Position numbers and translations under genes: made by a program. From the IMG/VR virus record IMGVR_UViG_3300037067_011569, positions 1-64,000 of that record: a stretch of DNA of 64,000 nt, one strand, 5' to 3'. This DNA comes from a virus. Taxonomy: Duplodnaviria; Caudoviricetes. A model generated the notes under the pieces. The model saw only the letters and a program-made list of their open reading frames with translations, had not been told where the DNA came from and searched no databases. The stretch's first letter is position 1. The number at the start of each line of letters is the position of its first letter. Shown here piece after piece: positions 1-9,193 of this stretch.

Positions 1-321
1 ATGATTGTAAGTTTCATGAAAATGAATTTGATTGTCAATTCAAGGAAATAATAATAGAGGGAAACTTGTTAAAGGGGTGTGGTTCCCCTCGTTGTTTAAG
101 GTATCAAGAGGAATAAGGAGAAAGTAAATGGATGAATCTATTGAAGCAAAGTCAGTTTCTTTTGTTTCACCGACTACAGTTAGTTGTAAAGCAAATGATT
201 GTAAGTTTCATGAAAATGAATTTGATTGTCAATTCAAGGAAATAATAATAGAGGGAAACTTGTTAAAGGGGTGTGGTTCCCCTCGTTGTTTAAGGTATCA
301 AGAGGAATAAGGAGAAAGTAA
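1..321 (+). repeat. 127-bp exact direct repeat (1-127 = 195-321), period 194 bp
   Basis: Base-by-base identity; covers the 3' part of ORF 128-310 plus the following RBS. Confidence 0.95.
128..310 (+). CDS. small Cys-containing hypothetical protein
   Basis: ORF with AGGAG RBS, CxxxxCxxH motif. Confidence 0.7.
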   Translation: MDESIEAKSVSFVSPTTVSCKANDCKFHENEFDCQFKEIIIEGNLLKGCGSPRCLRYQEE

Positions 322-500
322 TGACAATAGAAGAATATTTAAGAGAAGACCATCAAAGGAATGTTATTGAACACACTATACGAGTTTCAATAGTAGATGA
401 CAAGGTTGAATTTTATATTCACCCTACTAGCATTGATGGTAAGACCATTGACTTTATTGTAGAAGGAAACACACTAACCACTAAGTTTGTTACTCAGTAG
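321..500 (+). CDS. hypothetical protein (59 aa, MTIEEYLREDHQ...)
   Basis: Manually translated; GGAG RBS upstream; below the ORF-track cutoff. Confidence 0.7.
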   Translation: MTIEEYLREDHQRNVIEHTIRVSIVDDKVEFYIHPTSIDGKTIDFIVEGNTLTTKFVTQ

Positions 501-508
501 TATCGGTA

Positions 509-647
509 TGATGGGTGGTCGAATGGTATGACACTATGCACTGCACATAGGTAGAAACATGTAAAGTATTTATATATTCTCACACTGAGAATTTCCCCCA
601 ATGTATAAATTGCATGTTTCTTGTGGGTTCAAGTCCCGCCCCATCAT
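509..647 (+). ncRNA. tRNA-like RNA with ~70-nt variable-arm hairpin; anticodon position CTG in a non-canonical loop
   Basis: Acceptor TGATGGG/CCCATCA, D-stem GTCG/TGAC with GG loop, anticodon stem CTATG/CATAG, T-arm GTGGG-TTCAAGT-CCCGC; no encoded CCA. Confidence 0.7.
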
Positions 648-670
648 ACTTTTATTTACAAGGAGAAATA

Positions 671-1780
671 ATGGGCGAAGCACCTGTAATAAGAAAAAGA
701 GTTCCAGTATCTACAGTAGCTTCTGATGCACAAACAGTAATAAATCACGTACAAGAACAGAAAGTAATTATTCCCACAGATAAAGAAATACAATGGGTAT
801 CAACAGGTTGTCCTACACTTAATCTTGCATTATCAGGAAAAGTAGATAAAGGAATTCCTAAAGGAAGAATAAGTAACGGTGTAGGTGGACACACTACAGG
901 GAAAACACTTATGTGGTGTGAACTTGCAAATAATATATATTACGGGGAAGGTGAAAAAGAAGGCAAGAAAGTATTGATAGCAGTTAATGAGCCAGAAAAC
1001 AAATTTGATTATCAACTTGCGGCGGACAATCAGCTTCCAATAGATAAGATGGTGTGGGAGCATTCAAACACCATTGAACAATTTTGTAGTTGGACCATCA
1101 ATCTACTTACTGAAAACTGTGGTAAGTATGATACAATACTCATAGTTCTTGATGCCCTTGATAGACTAGATAACGCAAGGGAATTGAAAAAAGACAAGAA
1201 GAAAGGCATGGGTGAACAAGATTACAAAGTTGGAATACCAACAATACTTTCTAAGTTTTTCCATGCTGAGAATACGAAATTAATACAAGAATCTAATTGC
1301 ATTCTTCATATTGTATCCCAAATAAGGGCAAACGTAGGAGCTAAACCTTGGGAAAGTAAAGTAGGAAGATCAGGTGGAAATGCTCTTGATCATTCTTGTA
1401 CTATTATTTACTGGCTTAGGCAAATGGGAGAATTGAAACATGAAAATGGAATGGTTCAAGGTTACCCAATTGAAATTGATGTACAAAAGAATCATGCAGC
1501 ATTGCCATCTCGTACTACTCGTTTTAACATTCTTCTGGGCTATGGCATTGACTACATTGGCAGTGCTGTTAGTTTTGCTTTAGATACTGAAATAATAAAA
1601 CCTGCAGGTAGTTGGTTTCATTGGGAGGGAATTAATGTGGGACAAGGTGAAAAAGTATTAGTGCCCTTCTTTGAAAATAATAGAGATCAATATCAAGTTC
1701 TGCTTAATAAAATTCAAAGTAAATGGGATAGTATGATGGAAGAAGCAAAGATTAAAAGAATGCCTAAATGGCTGGAGTAG
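671..1780 (+). CDS. recA: RecA/UvsX-like recombinase
   Basis: STGCPTLNLALSG, GIPKGRI, Walker A GGHTTGKT, SQIRANVG, SGGNALDH; start moved to ATG 671 after AGGAG. Confidence 0.92.
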   Translation: MGEAPVIRKRVPVSTVASDAQTVINHVQEQKVIIPTDKEIQWVSTGCPTLNLALSGKVDKGIPKGRISNGVGGHTTGKTLMWCELANNIYYGEGEKEGKKVLIAVNEPENKFDYQLAADNQLPIDKMVWEHSNTIEQFCSWTINLLTENCGKYDTILIVLDALDRLDNARELKKDKKKGMGEQDYKVGIPTILSKFFHAENTKLIQESNCILHIVSQIRANVGAKPWESKVGRSGGNALDHSCTIIYWLRQMGELKHENGMVQGYPIEIDVQKNHAALPSRTTRFNILLGYGIDYIGSAVSFALDTEIIKPAGSWFHWEGINVGQGEKVLVPFFENNRDQYQVLLNKIQSKWDSMMEEAKIKRMPKWLE

Positions 1781-1866
1781 GGTAGGGTGGGAGACAGTCT
1801 CAGCTACATGTCAGTGAATAGGAGAAAAGGGGATTGGTTGAATTACATTCAGAGGGAGGTAGCGCT

Positions 1867-2253
1867 ATGGATGACTATGTGAAAGGGACTATCGAAGTTG
1901 ACCTTGACATTCCCTGCCCTAAGTGTGGGAACCTGGGGGCGAGGATTCGAGAGGGAGTTGTGGAGGAGTGCTTTCCATGTTGGGCAGAACGGCCAGACCC
2001 ACGCGACCAGAAGATCGCAGAGTTAGAGGCCAAACTCCGAGAGTATGAGCAGACAATCATGGAGCAGAATGAATTGCTCCAGTCCGAGCGTATCCAATCG
2101 AATATTTGGAAAGGCCGTCTCAAAGCTGCGAGTGATGAAGTCATAAGGCTGGAGGAAGAACGCGACAGCATCGAAAAGACGCCAGGGATTGGAGAATCGC
2201 GTGAAGTCCGGTTGGGTGACTGGGCGACACCGCAAGAAATCACCCGTTTTTAG
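1867..2253 (+). CDS. Zn-ribbon/coiled-coil hypothetical; frame continues past the TAG to TGA at 2370
   Basis: CPKC..CFPC, RDQKIAEL coiled coil; GGAGG RBS. Confidence 0.7.
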   Translation: MDDYVKGTIEVDLDIPCPKCGNLGARIREGVVEECFPCWAERPDPRDQKIAELEAKLREYEQTIMEQNELLQSERIQSNIWKGRLKAASDEVIRLEEERDSIEKTPGIGESREVRLGDWATPQEITRF

Positions 2254-2366
2254 CACTTCAAACAGATTGCCGATACCCATTTTCGCAAAGACTCCGAGCC
2301 TTGGAAAACAATGCAGTGGGCGCTGGGGAAGATCCGTGAGATTGAGGGAGAGGAGGAGGTGGAACT

Positions 2367-2522
2367 GTGATATGTCATAAAATAGTTAACAATCGTTGTG
2401 AAAATACCAATTGTCCTCACGCTATACCCCACGAACTTACAGAGGAATGCGGTGGTTATTGTGGGTATATACTCGGGGACTGCGAATGCGAGGCGGATGA
2501 TGAGGAGAAGTGGAGGAGGTAA
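2367..2522 (+). CDS. Cys-rich small hypothetical protein
   Basis: GTG start after GAGGAGG; manual translation VICHKIVNNRCENTNCPH... Confidence 0.6.
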   Translation: MICHKIVNNRCENTNCPHAIPHELTEECGGYCGYILGDCECEADDEEKWRR

Positions 2523-2525
2523 TGG

Positions 2526-2726
2526 ATGCCTTACATGGAAACTCCTGAAGAATTGGCTGAGGCCATAGCCGATATGTGTGGGGTCTACGGCGTGCCTCCA
2601 TATGACCGTGAGGGCCATTCGGCTGATTGTAATTGTCGTATGTGTTTTTATGGTCGGATGGAGAACAGGATTCGAGAGGCTGTGAAGAACGAGAAGATGA
2701 TTAGCGGTGATGAGGTAATACTATGA
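2526..2726 (+). CDS. hypothetical protein
   Basis: ORF with GGAGG RBS; H-C-C-C motif. Confidence 0.7.
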   Translation: MPYMETPEELAEAIADMCGVYGVPPYDREGHSADCNCRMCFYGRMENRIREAVKNEKMISGDEVIL

Positions 2727-2807
2727 TTGTTTTAGAGGTTTTATGGGTTTTAAGCTGGTTAGCAATGGGGTATTCGCTACTTCAGTTTTGTGAAGAGGAG
2801 GTACGCC

Positions 2808-3269
2808 GTGAGCGAAAAAGATACCGTGTTTGGTAGCCAAGAATTTGAGAGGCTTAGAGAAGAGTTTGAAAAAGAACATCCTCATAAATATCGGTTTGCG
2901 ATTGATGATGACCGAATGCCGCAATCCGATTCCCGCGACCAGCAGATAGCCGAGTTGCAGGCTGCAATATCGGGCTACAGCGCCGCAATGATACAGGAAG
3001 AGAAGAGGGCTAATAAAGCAGAAGCCGAACTTGCCGACATGAGGAATAAGCTGCGTGAGTATGAGAATACTACTGTGATGCAGAACGAGTTGCTCCAGAA
3101 GGTAGTTACAGAGGAACTCGCAAAAATACTACATTCCTACGCACATGAAGCCATTGCGCAGGACAAGCAAGTTTCTCATGGCAATCCGGCAGTGAAAGAG
3201 CCGGATGAAAAGTGGGCTAAAGACATACTTGCCCTGATCGAGCAGAAGTGGGGGGAGGGAAAGGAATGA
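2808..3269 (+). CDS. coiled-coil hypothetical protein (DSRDQQIAEL module)
   Basis: GTG start after GAGGAGG; coiled-coil pattern. Confidence 0.7.
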   Translation: MSEKDTVFGSQEFERLREEFEKEHPHKYRFAIDDDRMPQSDSRDQQIAELQAAISGYSAAMIQEEKRANKAEAELADMRNKLREYENTTVMQNELLQKVVTEELAKILHSYAHEAIAQDKQVSHGNPAVKEPDEKWAKDILALIEQKWGEGKE

Positions 3270-3451
3270 GCTGCCAAACTTGTGTGTATTGGTCGGGAGG
3301 GAAAAGAAATACCATTGCGTACTGCTATAACAAGGACAAACTGCGAGTTCCTGTGCAGACATTATCCCACTGGGGGGATTGCACTTACTACAAACGCAAG
3401 ACCGATCAAGAGATCGAAGATTCCCGCGACCAGCAGATAGCCGAGTTGCAG
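2928..3451 (+). repeat. 33-bp exact direct repeat GATTCCCGCGACCAGCAGATAGCCGAGTTGCAG (2928-2960, 3419-3451)
   Basis: Direct comparison; degenerate third copy near 2003-2030. Confidence 0.9.
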
Positions 3452-3661
3452 ACCGAGGTTGAAAGGTTGAAGGCACTTGTTGTAGACTCTGTTGCATGTT
3501 GGAAGAACCGGGCCGATCTTGCGGCAAAGGCACTTTCGAATGCTTATGAGGAAAATAATCTCCTTTCCAGACAAGTCATCGAGGCCGAAGCCAAACTGAA
3601 AAGGGATTATATTTGTAGTGTTTGCGGATCAGGCTTTGATCCCCAGGAGGAGGAGAAATAA
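3266..3661 (+). CDS. Cys-rich N-terminus / coiled-coil / C-terminal CxxC hypothetical protein
   Basis: ATGA overlap with upstream ORF; CQTC..C..C, DSRDQQIAEL, CSVC. Confidence 0.7.
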   Translation: MSCQTCVYWSGGKRNTIAYCYNKDKLRVPVQTLSHWGDCTYYKRKTDQEIEDSRDQQIAELQTEVERLKALVVDSVACWKNRADLAAKALSNAYEENNLLSRQVIEAEAKLKRDYICSVCGSGFDPQEEEK

Positions 3662-3924
3662 TGACTTGGAATAGATCAGCTAAATGGATAAAATTTGCGG
3701 AGAATATGCCCTCCCATTTATTACATTATTGTGATGAACAATATCCAACCACTGACCCAGATAATGATCTTGATAATTGGACTATTGAAGATGTTAAAGC
3801 ACACATGAAAACTTATGTTGGTAGAATAGGATCAACACAAAGAGGCTCTGAACAAGCAAAAGAAGATATGATAAAACTTGCCCATTTCGCTAGTATAATA
3901 TGGAACAAATTAAATGAGGAGTAA
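3661..3924 (+). CDS. hypothetical protein
   Basis: ORF with GGAG RBS. Confidence 0.7.
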   Translation: MTWNRSAKWIKFAENMPSHLLHYCDEQYPTTDPDNDLDNWTIEDVKAHMKTYVGRIGSTQRGSEQAKEDMIKLAHFASIIWNKLNEE

Positions 3925-3927
3925 ATT

Positions 3928-4098
3928 ATGAATCAAGAATCCTTGGAGGGACATATTGCAAGTAAATGTGATGATTGTAGATGTGTTAGAGCTTCAGTGG
4001 GAACTAATGAATACCACCACTGCATGACCTGTAGAAATTATGATCATTTTATTTTAAAACCTGTACGAATAGTGCCAATAGATAAAAAAGAGGAGTAA
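3928..4098 (+). CDS. small Cys-rich hypothetical protein (56 aa)
   Basis: GAGGAG RBS; manual translation with CDDC..C..CMTC. Confidence 0.6.
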   Translation: MNQESLEGHIASKCDDCRCVRASVGTNEYHHCMTCRNYDHFILKPVRIVPIDKKEE

Positions 4099-4101
4099 AT
4101 T

Positions 4102-4287
4102 ATGCAACCAGAAACACTAAAAGAAATCCTTAATGATCACATAAAAGATGTTCTTAATGAATTCCAACAAGAAACAAAATCATATATACAACATGTATTT
4201 ATTCACCACACCAAAGACCTAAGTATATCGGCAGTACATATACACACAATCTCACAAGAGAAAGCAAAAAAGGAATATGGAGTATGA
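4102..4287 (+). CDS. hypothetical protein
   Basis: GAGGAG RBS, ORF track. Confidence 0.6.
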   Translation: MQPETLKEILNDHIKDVLNEFQQETKSYIQHVFIHHTKDLSISAVHIHTISQEKAKKEYGV

Positions 4288-5189
4288 AAGAGCCTTTAAT
4301 AATTGTAATAGATGCAGGACATATCTGCAATTCTGCCAAGCACGCTATGAAAGGTGTGGATTTAACACACCAGAATATAAACACTGGTGTTATCTATACT
4401 TTTCTTAATCAAGTTTCTACTTTCATAACAAAATTCAAGACTAGGAGAATTGTTTTTTGTTGGGATTCAAGAACAAGTAAAAGACAAGAAATATACCCTG
4501 AGTATAAAGCAAATAGAAAGGATATTAGTAAACTTACAGAGGAAGATATAATTTACAATGATGTTTGTTATTCTCAATTTGCCAAGATACGAGAAGATGT
4601 TTTGCCTTCAATTGGGTTTAAAAACAATTTCTACCAAGATGGATATGAAGCTGATGATTTAATTGCTGCATTAGTATCTAACCTTAGTAATTGCAAGATT
4701 TGTGTGGTTGCAAATGATCATGATTTATTCCAGTTCTTATCAGATAAAACTTTTCTATATGACTACAGAACTAAAACTAAATATACAGATAAAGATTTAT
4801 TTGAAGAATTTGATGTTACACCAATACAATGGGCTGAAATGCTCACAATAAGTGGTTGCATAACTGATAATGTAAAAGGTGTTGTATTTGATTATAAAGA
4901 TAACAAACCAAGACACATAGGAAAAACAGTTGCAATAAAATACATTAAAGGAAAATTGCCAAGAAACAAAGCTTATACTGCTATAGTATCAGAAACAGGG
5001 AAGAGGACTATTGAAAGGAATAGAAAACTTGTTTGTCTTCCATTTAAAGGAACAACAATACCTAGACTTGTTTTTGATGAAGAATTCTATTTAAAAGACT
5101 TTGAGGCAATGTGTGAAAAGTATGGCTTTTATTCTTTTCTTAAAGCCGAAAGATTAATTGCATGGCGTGACATACTGGGGATGAAATGA
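4284..5189 (+). CDS. 5'-3' exonuclease / flap endonuclease (T4 RNase H / T5 D15-like)
   Basis: IVIDAG, FCWDSRTSKRQEIYPEYKANR, YEADDLIA, NDHDLFQ, GCITDNVKGV. Confidence 0.9.
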   Translation: MKEPLIIVIDAGHICNSAKHAMKGVDLTHQNINTGVIYTFLNQVSTFITKFKTRRIVFCWDSRTSKRQEIYPEYKANRKDISKLTEEDIIYNDVCYSQFAKIREDVLPSIGFKNNFYQDGYEADDLIAALVSNLSNCKICVVANDHDLFQFLSDKTFLYDYRTKTKYTDKDLFEEFDVTPIQWAEMLTISGCITDNVKGVVFDYKDNKPRHIGKTVAIKYIKGKLPRNKAYTAIVSETGKRTIERNRKLVCLPFKGTTIPRLVFDEEFYLKDFEAMCEKYGFYSFLKAERLIAWRDILGMK

Positions 5190-5503
5190 TGAAACCTAAA
5201 ATTGTTTGTTTGTGTGGATCAGGTAGATTTAAAGAAGCTTTTGAAACAGCAGAATTTAATGAAACTTTATCAGGGAGGATTGTTCTTACGATAGGATGCA
5301 ATACACATGATATTGCAAGATCGGAAGGTCTCAGTATTCACAAACCAATGTTAGATGAACTCCATCTAAGGAAGATTGATCTAGCTGATGAAGTTTTAAT
5401 ACTGAATGTAGATGGATATATTGGCGAAAGCACAAAAAGAGAACTTGAATATGCAATAGCAAATAACAAAAAAATTCGATTCCTAGAAGATAGGTGGGTG
5501 TAA
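5186..5503 (+). CDS. conserved phage protein (DUF4406 / nucleoside deoxyribosyltransferase-like fold)
   Basis: IVCLCGS...KIDLADEVLILNVDGYIGESTKRELEYA. Confidence 0.6.
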   Translation: MMKPKIVCLCGSGRFKEAFETAEFNETLSGRIVLTIGCNTHDIARSEGLSIHKPMLDELHLRKIDLADEVLILNVDGYIGESTKRELEYAIANNKKIRFLEDRWV

Positions 5504-6045
5504 TGATTGATATAGGAATAGATCCAGGACAAAAAGGTGCTATTGCAGTAATATATAGTGATGGTAGTTATAAGGTTTTTGATATGCCAACTTTTTCAAT
5601 CAGCAAAGAAAAAAGATCCAACCGATCTATTACACCAAAGAAAACAATACAAACCAAAGTTTACATAGACAGAAAAGGATTGTTGGCTTTACTTGAAGAG
5701 ATTGTTTCTTCTGATAAAGTAGAGCCATTTATTTGTAATTGTATTACAGAAAAGCAGCAAGCAATGCCCGATCAAAGTTCCAATTCAGGCTTCACTACAG
5801 GTATGGGGTACGGTGAGTTGCTAATGGCACTAGATGCATTAGGGATACAATACGAAACAATATCAGCAAAAGAATGGCAAAAACATTTTGGTATAAGTAA
5901 AGATACTAAAGGTGACAGTTGCAGAATTGCTGAGAATCTTTTTCCTAATGCAGGATTGAGAGGACCTAGAGGTGGTGTGTATGATGGAAGAGCAGATGCG
6001 ATCCTGCTATGTGAGTACGGGAGAAGAAAGAGACAAGGTTTATGA
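5503..6045 (+). CDS. ruvC: RuvC-like Holliday junction resolvase
   Basis: IGIDPG, TEKQ, DGRADAILL acidic triad. Confidence 0.85.
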   Translation: MIDIGIDPGQKGAIAVIYSDGSYKVFDMPTFSISKEKRSNRSITPKKTIQTKVYIDRKGLLALLEEIVSSDKVEPFICNCITEKQQAMPDQSSNSGFTTGMGYGELLMALDALGIQYETISAKEWQKHFGISKDTKGDSCRIAENLFPNAGLRGPRGGVYDGRADAILLCEYGRRKRQGL

Positions 6046-7289
6046 TTAAAACCATAAGACTTAAAAACTTTGCTTCCCACAAAGATTCTGTTCTTGAGTT
6101 ATCACCTGGATTAAATGTTATTACTGGTGCCACTCACAACGGAAAAAGTGTGATACACAAAGGACTTGAATGGGTGTTCCTCAATAACATTCATAGTGGA
6201 TTTAGACCTTTAACTTATTCAGTAGATAAAAAAGACCCATCATCAGTAGAAATAGAATTTGATGATGGAAATATAATAAGAGAAAGGGACGGCAGAGTAT
6301 CAGAAGGCACTAATGGTTACAGATGGGAACAAGATGATAGAAATGGAATATGTGAAGCACTAAGAAAAGATGTTCCAGATGAAATTTTCTCTATTGCTCG
6401 TATTGATCAAATCAATATCCAAGGGCAAGAAGACGATAGATTCTTGCTTAGTAAGCACACTTCACCTGGCGATGTTGCAAAGAAACTGAATGAATTTGTT
6501 GGACTTACAGTAATTGATACTGTCCTTGACAATGCAAAAAGTAATGTTGGGGATATAAATAAAGAACTTGAAAAGACAAAAAAAGACCTCATTTCTTCTG
6601 AAGAGGAGATAAATAAACTTGAATACCTTGATACATTGAAGCCTTTATTTGAAGAGATTGATTCTTTAACTTTGAGGCAATCAGAACTTGAAAGTAAAGT
6701 TGGAAGAGTCAGTGAATTGGCAAGTCTAGTTGATGATATTCAAGGTAGAATAAATGACAACAAGGAATGGCTTGAAAGTAAATCGTTGGTACTTGAAATA
6801 GAATCAATACTCACTAAAGGTATTGATCTAAACAACAAAATAAATACAGTAGGAATGTTATCAAATGAAGTATCCAAACTTCGATCTAAGATAGATAAAT
6901 CTAAAAGTCTACTAAAAGGCAAACAAATTGTGGAAGATATTGAACATAACTTGAACAGAATGAAGGAGTTAACTTCCAAAGCAACTGCTGTTGATACTTT
7001 AAGGCGAAGTATCAACCACTTCAATAATAGAATTGGGCTTAGTAAATTGTTTTTAGCGTCTAAATCAGTAGTATCTGACATAGAAATACTCACTGAGAAG
7101 CAAAGGGTTATGTTTTCCTTGAAAGGAAAAGTTGAAAACGTACAAAGTAACGTCTTGAATATAAGAAGTAAAATCCATGACAGTAAAACAGCACTGAAGG
7201 GAACAAAAGATAAACTGAATGAAGTTTTAAAATCAATCAAGGTGTGTCCCATTTTTGATGTTAACTGTCCATTGCAGAAAGGGAAATAA
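6042..7289 (+). CDS. sbcC: SbcC/Rad50-like ATPase, N-terminal half (Walker A, coiled coil, terminal Cys motif)
   Basis: LKNFASH, GATHNGKS, Q-loop IQGQ; no signature or Walker B; ends CPIFDVNC. Confidence 0.85.
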   Translation: MIKTIRLKNFASHKDSVLELSPGLNVITGATHNGKSVIHKGLEWVFLNNIHSGFRPLTYSVDKKDPSSVEIEFDDGNIIRERDGRVSEGTNGYRWEQDDRNGICEALRKDVPDEIFSIARIDQINIQGQEDDRFLLSKHTSPGDVAKKLNEFVGLTVIDTVLDNAKSNVGDINKELEKTKKDLISSEEEINKLEYLDTLKPLFEEIDSLTLRQSELESKVGRVSELASLVDDIQGRINDNKEWLESKSLVLEIESILTKGIDLNNKINTVGMLSNEVSKLRSKIDKSKSLLKGKQIVEDIEHNLNRMKELTSKATAVDTLRRSINHFNNRIGLSKLFLASKSVVSDIEILTEKQRVMFSLKGKVENVQSNVLNIRSKIHDSKTALKGTKDKLNEVLKSIKVCPIFDVNCPLQKGK

Positions 7290-7290
7290 G

Positions 7291-7518
7291 ATGCCGGAAA
7301 GTAAAGAAGGTTTTAAATTCATTCCAAATATTTTCAATAGTCTATTATCAAATCCTAGCACTTATGCTAAACAAACAACCAATGATGAGGTAATGGAAAA
7401 ACTACTTGAAATATCTTTACAGATATCGGAGTTGGAAATGAAGTTTGAAAGAGTATTTGGTGCCCATGCTTTGATTGATTCAAGGTTTGTAAATCTGTTG
7501 AAGAAAGAAAAGAAATGA
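7291..7518 (+). CDS. hypothetical protein
   Basis: ORF coupled to neighbours. Confidence 0.65.
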   Translation: MPESKEGFKFIPNIFNSLLSNPSTYAKQTTNDEVMEKLLEISLQISELEMKFERVFGAHALIDSRFVNLLKKEKK

Positions 7519-8114
7519 GAGTAAGAACTTGGACAACAGAACAAGATGATTTAATCCTAAAGTATTATGGTGCAACAAGAACTGCAAGACACAAACTTTT
7601 AAAACTCCCTGAATTTGAAAATGTTCCCGATTGTGCAATAACAAAAAGAGCTAATATGCTTGGTGTATCAAGATCAAGGGCAGTAAGTCTTGATGATTCT
7701 GAAAAGAAAATGATTGCTGATTATGCAGGAAATAGAAGTATACCAGAAATACAAAGGAGCATTAAAGCATTAAATGGCAGGAAAAGAGACTACGATACCA
7801 TTTCTAATTTCATAAGGAGAACATTAAAACAATCAGTAAGACCTGATAGATATTCTCTACAAGATTTAAAGGTTGGGTTTAGATGCAGTACAAACAAGAT
7901 ACTAAAATGGGTAAAAGAAGAAAAACTCAAAGGATATAGGGACAAAGTAGCATGTGGTAGTGAATGGAGATTTAGACCAATACATGTTGCTCAATTCATT
8001 ATCCATCATCCATTTGAATTGGAACACATTGCAGTGGATGTACCTTGGGTAGTATCATTGATAATAGAATTTGCAAGTGAGGTTAGACAACTGACTAGAA
8101 GGAAAAAGGATTGA
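7515..8114 (+). CDS. putative multi-HTH DNA-binding protein
   Basis: Myb-like WTTEQDDLI start; later HTH-like YSLQDL..GF...KILKWV. Confidence 0.55.
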   Translation: MRVRTWTTEQDDLILKYYGATRTARHKLLKLPEFENVPDCAITKRANMLGVSRSRAVSLDDSEKKMIADYAGNRSIPEIQRSIKALNGRKRDYDTISNFIRRTLKQSVRPDRYSLQDLKVGFRCSTNKILKWVKEEKLKGYRDKVACGSEWRFRPIHVAQFIIHHPFELEHIAVDVPWVVSLIIEFASEVRQLTRRKKD

Positions 8115-8115
8115 T

Positions 8116-8262
8116 ATGTCAACCAATGACAAATTATTAATGTTTATCTTGTTTTCCGCCTTACTACAAGAAATTGAAAACATAAAAGGAAACGAGAAAA
8201 CAAGTATGGTAATATTTTTGGCATCTTTTTCTACTTTAATCTTTTATTTATGGATAAATTAA
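8116..8262 (+). CDS. small membrane protein (48 aa)
   Basis: Manual translation; two hydrophobic segments. Confidence 0.45.
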   Translation: MSTNDKLLMFILFSALLQEIENIKGNEKTSMVIFLASFSTLIFYLWIN

Positions 8263-8263
8263 C

Positions 8264-9193
8264 ATGAAATTTCTTTGCACTTCAGATTGGCATTTGAGAT
8301 CATCAAAGCCAAAAAATAGAATAGATGATTTTCAACAATCATTGTTCCAAAAAGTAAAATGGATTTACTCTTTTGCTTTGGAACAAAAATGTTCTTACAT
8401 ACTTAGAGGAGGTGACTTAGCAAACAGTGCAACATTACCTTACGCAATCACCCAGAAGTATATAGACCTATTTCTCCAATACAAAGAGAAAGGAGTTAGC
8501 AGTATTGACGTAGCAGGGCAACACGATATGAGATACCATTCTTCTGATCTTGAAAATACACCAATCATGACTTTTGCTGCTGCAAAAGCAACTACACTAT
8601 TAACAAGTGGAGACATGTTTGAACCAGAAGAAGGTATTCATATTTATGGTGCAGGTTGGAATGATAGTGTCCCAAGAATAGAAGATCCTGATGCATTCAA
8701 TATCTTACTAATTCATTCCATGATGATATCTGAAAAGATATGGTATGGTCAAGAGAACTATGACAGTGCAAGAAAGTTTCTTAACGATAATAATTTTAAT
8801 CTTATTGTATCTGGTGATAATCACAAAACTGTATTAGCAACTCCAAGTCTTAATTCTTGTTCTGCACCCAAATGGTTGATTAATTCTGGTTCTTTAATGC
8901 GCCAAACTTCAGATCAAATGGAACATAAACCAATAGTGTTTATCTTTGATACAAAAATGAGAAGACCTGAACATTATTATGTTCCTTGCAAAGATATTAA
9001 TGAGGTAATGAATGTTGAAAAGATAGTAAAAGAAAAGCATCAGAATGAAGAACTGAATAACTTTGTAGAAGGACTCAATGAAGATCCAGAAGAGTCAGGA
9101 CTTGATTATCTACTGAATTGTAAGTTGGGTATGTCTTCATCTGATTTATCTGAAAGAACTGTTTATTACATAGAAAGGGCGTTTCCAAAATGA
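8264..9193 (+). CDS. sbcD: SbcD/Mre11-like metallophosphoesterase nuclease
   Basis: SDWH, GGDL, GQHD, SGDNH, NSGS motifs. Confidence 0.9.
   Translation: MKFLCTSDWHLRSSKPKNRIDDFQQSLFQKVKWIYSFALEQKCSYILRGGDLANSATLPYAITQKYIDLFLQYKEKGVSSIDVAGQHDMRYHSSDLENTPIMTFAAAKATTLLTSGDMFEPEEGIHIYGAGWNDSVPRIEDPDAFNILLIHSMMISEKIWYGQENYDSARKFLNDNNFNLIVSGDNHKTVLATPSLNSCSAPKWLINSGSLMRQTSDQMEHKPIVFIFDTKMRRPEHYYVPCKDINEVMNVEKIVKEKHQNEELNNFVEGLNEDPEESGLDYLLNCKLGMSSSDLSERTVYYIERAFPK

Noticed and set aside
536-615. Canonical tRNA-Cys(GCA) with an anticodon-loop intron
   Set aside because: Needs 3 nt between the D and anticodon stems and a 7-nt variable loop, and no bulge-helix-bulge or group I core is seen; kept only as an alternative fold.
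614-670. ORF-track start of RecA at 614
   Set aside because: Overlaps the tRNA-like T-arm; ATG 671 has an AGGAG RBS.
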